Source of the DNA: Mobula hypostoma
Lineage: Eukaryota
Assembly: GCF_963921235.1 (NCBI RefSeq)
Contig: NC_086111.1
Span: 37,448,001 to 37,512,000, forward strand
Direction: 5' to 3'
DNA: 64,000 nucleotides
In this document: in pieces, positions 61,545-64,000 of the stretch
How positions within the stretch are numbered: the first letter of the stretch is position 1
Layout of the letters: the number at the start of each line of letters is the position of its first letter
Position numbers and translations under genes: made by a program
The notes under the pieces: model-generated
Seen by the model: only the letters and a program-made list of their open reading frames with translations
Database searches by the model: none
Told to the model about the DNA's origin: nothing

Positions 61545-63368
61545 AGACTTTAAGACCATAAGATATAGGAGCAGAATCAGGCCATTTGGCCCATTGCATT
61601 TGCTCTGTCATTTCATCATGGATGATCCAATTTTCCTCTCAGCCCCAATCTCCTGCTTTCTCCCCGTGTCCATGCCCTGACCAATCAAGAATCTATCAAC
61701 CTCTGCCTTAGATATACTTAAAGACTTGGCCTCCACAGCTGACTGTGGCAGAGAATTCCACAGATTCACCACTGTCTGTTGAAAGAAATTCCTCCTCCTC
61801 TCTGTTCTAAAAGGATGCCCCTCTATTCTGAGTACATGTCCTCTGGTCTTAGACTCGCCCACCATAGGAAGGATCCTCTTCACATCCACTCTATCAAGGC
61901 CTTTCACTATTTGTTAGGTTTCAAGGAGGTCAGCCCTAATTTTTCTGAATTCTAGTGAATACAGGCCCAGAGCCATCAGACACTTTACATGTGACTAGCC
62001 ATTCAATCCTGGAATCATTTTCATGAACCTCCTTTGAACTCTCTCCAGTTTCAGCACATCTTCCTAAGATAAGGGGCCCAATCCTGTCCAAAATACTCTA
62101 AATGAGGCTTCACCAGTGCTTTATAAAATCTCAATGTTACATCCTTGCTTTTATATTCTAGTCCTCATGAAAAGAATTCCACATCACATTTGCTTTCCTC
62201 ACCACAGACTCAACCTGCAAATCAGCCTTTAGCGAATCCTGCACAAATACACCAAAATTCCTTTGCACCTCTTTTGTATTTCCTATCCATATAGAAAATC
62301 GTTAACCCTTTCATTTCCTCTACCAAGTGCATAACCATACACTTCCCAACACTGTATTCCATCTGTCATTTCTTTGCCCATTGTGCTAATCTGTCCACAT
62401 CCTTCTGCAACCTCTCTACTTCCTCAAAGCTACCTGCCCCTCCATCTATCTTCATATCATCAGCAAACTTTGCAACAAAGTCATCAATTCTATTATCCAA
62501 ATCATTGACAAAAGAATTGGTTCCAACCCAGCCCCCTGTGGATCACCACTAGCCACTGGTAGCCAGCCAAAAAAGGCTGCCTTTATTCCCACCCTTTGCC
62601 TCCTGCCAATCAGCCACTGCTTTATCCATGCTAAAATCTTTCCTGTAATACCACGGGTTCATAGCTTGTTAAGCAGCCTCACATATGACACCTTGTCAAA
62701 GGCCTTCTGAAAACCCAAGAACATAATATCACCCAATTCTCCTTTGTCTATCCTGCTTGTTACTTCTTCAAAGAATTCCAACAGATTTGTCAGGCAAGAT
62801 TTTCCCTTGAGGAAACCATGCTGACTATGGCCTACTTTATCATGTACCTCCGAGTACCCTGAGACCTTATCCTTAACAATCAACTCCGACACCTTCCCAA
62901 CCACTGAGATCAGACTAACTGGCCTATAGTTTCCTTTCTTCTCTCTCTCTCTCCTTTCTTGAAGAGTGGAGTAATATTTGCAATTTTCCAGTCTTCCGGA
63001 ACCATTCCAGAATCTAGTGATTTATGAAAGATCATCACTACTGCCTTCACGATCTCTTCAGCCATCTTGTCCAGGTGACATAGCTACCTTCAGACCTATC
63101 AGTTTCCCAAGAACCTTTTCTCTAGTTATGGTAACTTCACACCCTTCATGCTCTGTGACACCTGGAACTTCCACCATGCTGCTAGTGTCTTCCACAGTGA
63201 AGACTGATGCAAAATGCTTATTCAGTTCATCCACCATTTTGTTGACCCCCATTACTACCTCTCCAGAATCGCTTTCCAGTGGCCTGATATCCACTCTCAC
63301 CTCTCTTTTACTCTTCATGTATCTGAAGAAACTTTTGGCATCCTCTTTAATATTATTGGCTAGCTTAT
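61545..63368 (-). mobile_element. CR1 LINE, 5'-truncated and degenerate
   Basis: HGFLKGKSCLTNLLEFFEEVT...FQKAFDKV, KFADD at ~62455, SKTRGHVLRIEG...LWNSLP; tcttatggtctta tail. Confidence 0.9.
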
Positions 63369-64000
63369 TTTACATTATATTAAATGATCCATGAATAAGC
63401 TCAATCATTGTACTTATAATACAATGTAATTACCTCCTAAACTTCCTGAAATGTATTCCTTAATATATATTGGAATAATAATTGATGTAGAGGTTATCAC
63501 AAAATAATAAGGCTTTTTTTTTTATAAAGTATTAGATCATTGCCAATTGAGCAAACTGTTCATAAAAAGCTGAAATAATTTTTTATAAAAGCAAGGGAGA
63601 ACGATCGACCATTCTCATCAGTTGGTGTTCAGTCGTTGGTTTCTTTGATGTTTTCTAAATATTTAAAGCCTTTTAAAGGATTATTGGCTTTGCTTTCACA
63701 ACCAGTTAAATCATTACTGTAATGATTAATAGATTTTAGGTGTGGTCAGTCCTATATGCTGGCTGGCTCCTGGGGGACAGAGTTGGAAATTGTAGCCCAT
63801 TGTGGTTATTTGGTGGCTGATGTGCAGAGTTTTAAATGGTGGCACAGTGGCTCCTCACAAACTGCAGGCCCCCTCTTTCTATCCTGAGCACTGGTCCTGT
63901 TGAAGGACACCACACTACATCCTCTATCTCCATCCTGTTTGCCCGCTGCAAGACCGGGAGCTGTCACTAAAAATCTTTGATGTTGAACCATGAACACAAC

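Overview
Eukaryotic, gene-poor and very repeat-rich genomic DNA. The repeat set (CR1 LINEs with SGNH-esterase ORF1, Rex1/Babar and RTE LINEs, V-SINE-like SINEs, Penelope pLTRs, Gypsy elements, Tigger and hAT transposons) points to a vertebrate, most likely a cartilaginous fish (inference). No intact host protein-coding gene is visible, and almost all ORF-track entries are transposon fragments or antisense noise; only two weak candidate micro-exons were seen. The most notable observations are: (1) a non-autonomous Gypsy LTR element (57304-59395, minus strand) whose RT, RNase H and integrase core are replaced by an intronless ~540-bp fragment of the host P-body scaffold gene EDC4, apparently in frame with the integrase tail; (2) a young 246-bp Penelope-derived fold-back element (20183-20429) with a minimal hammerhead ribozyme on each strand and a 14-bp TSD, inserted in a hAT transposase; (3) a full-length Tf1/sushi-type Gypsy with a self-priming PBS at the core of a five-level nested insertion; (4) hAT and Tigger elements that carry pieces of each other. 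All protein and family assignments are from recall and by-eye alignment, not database searches.
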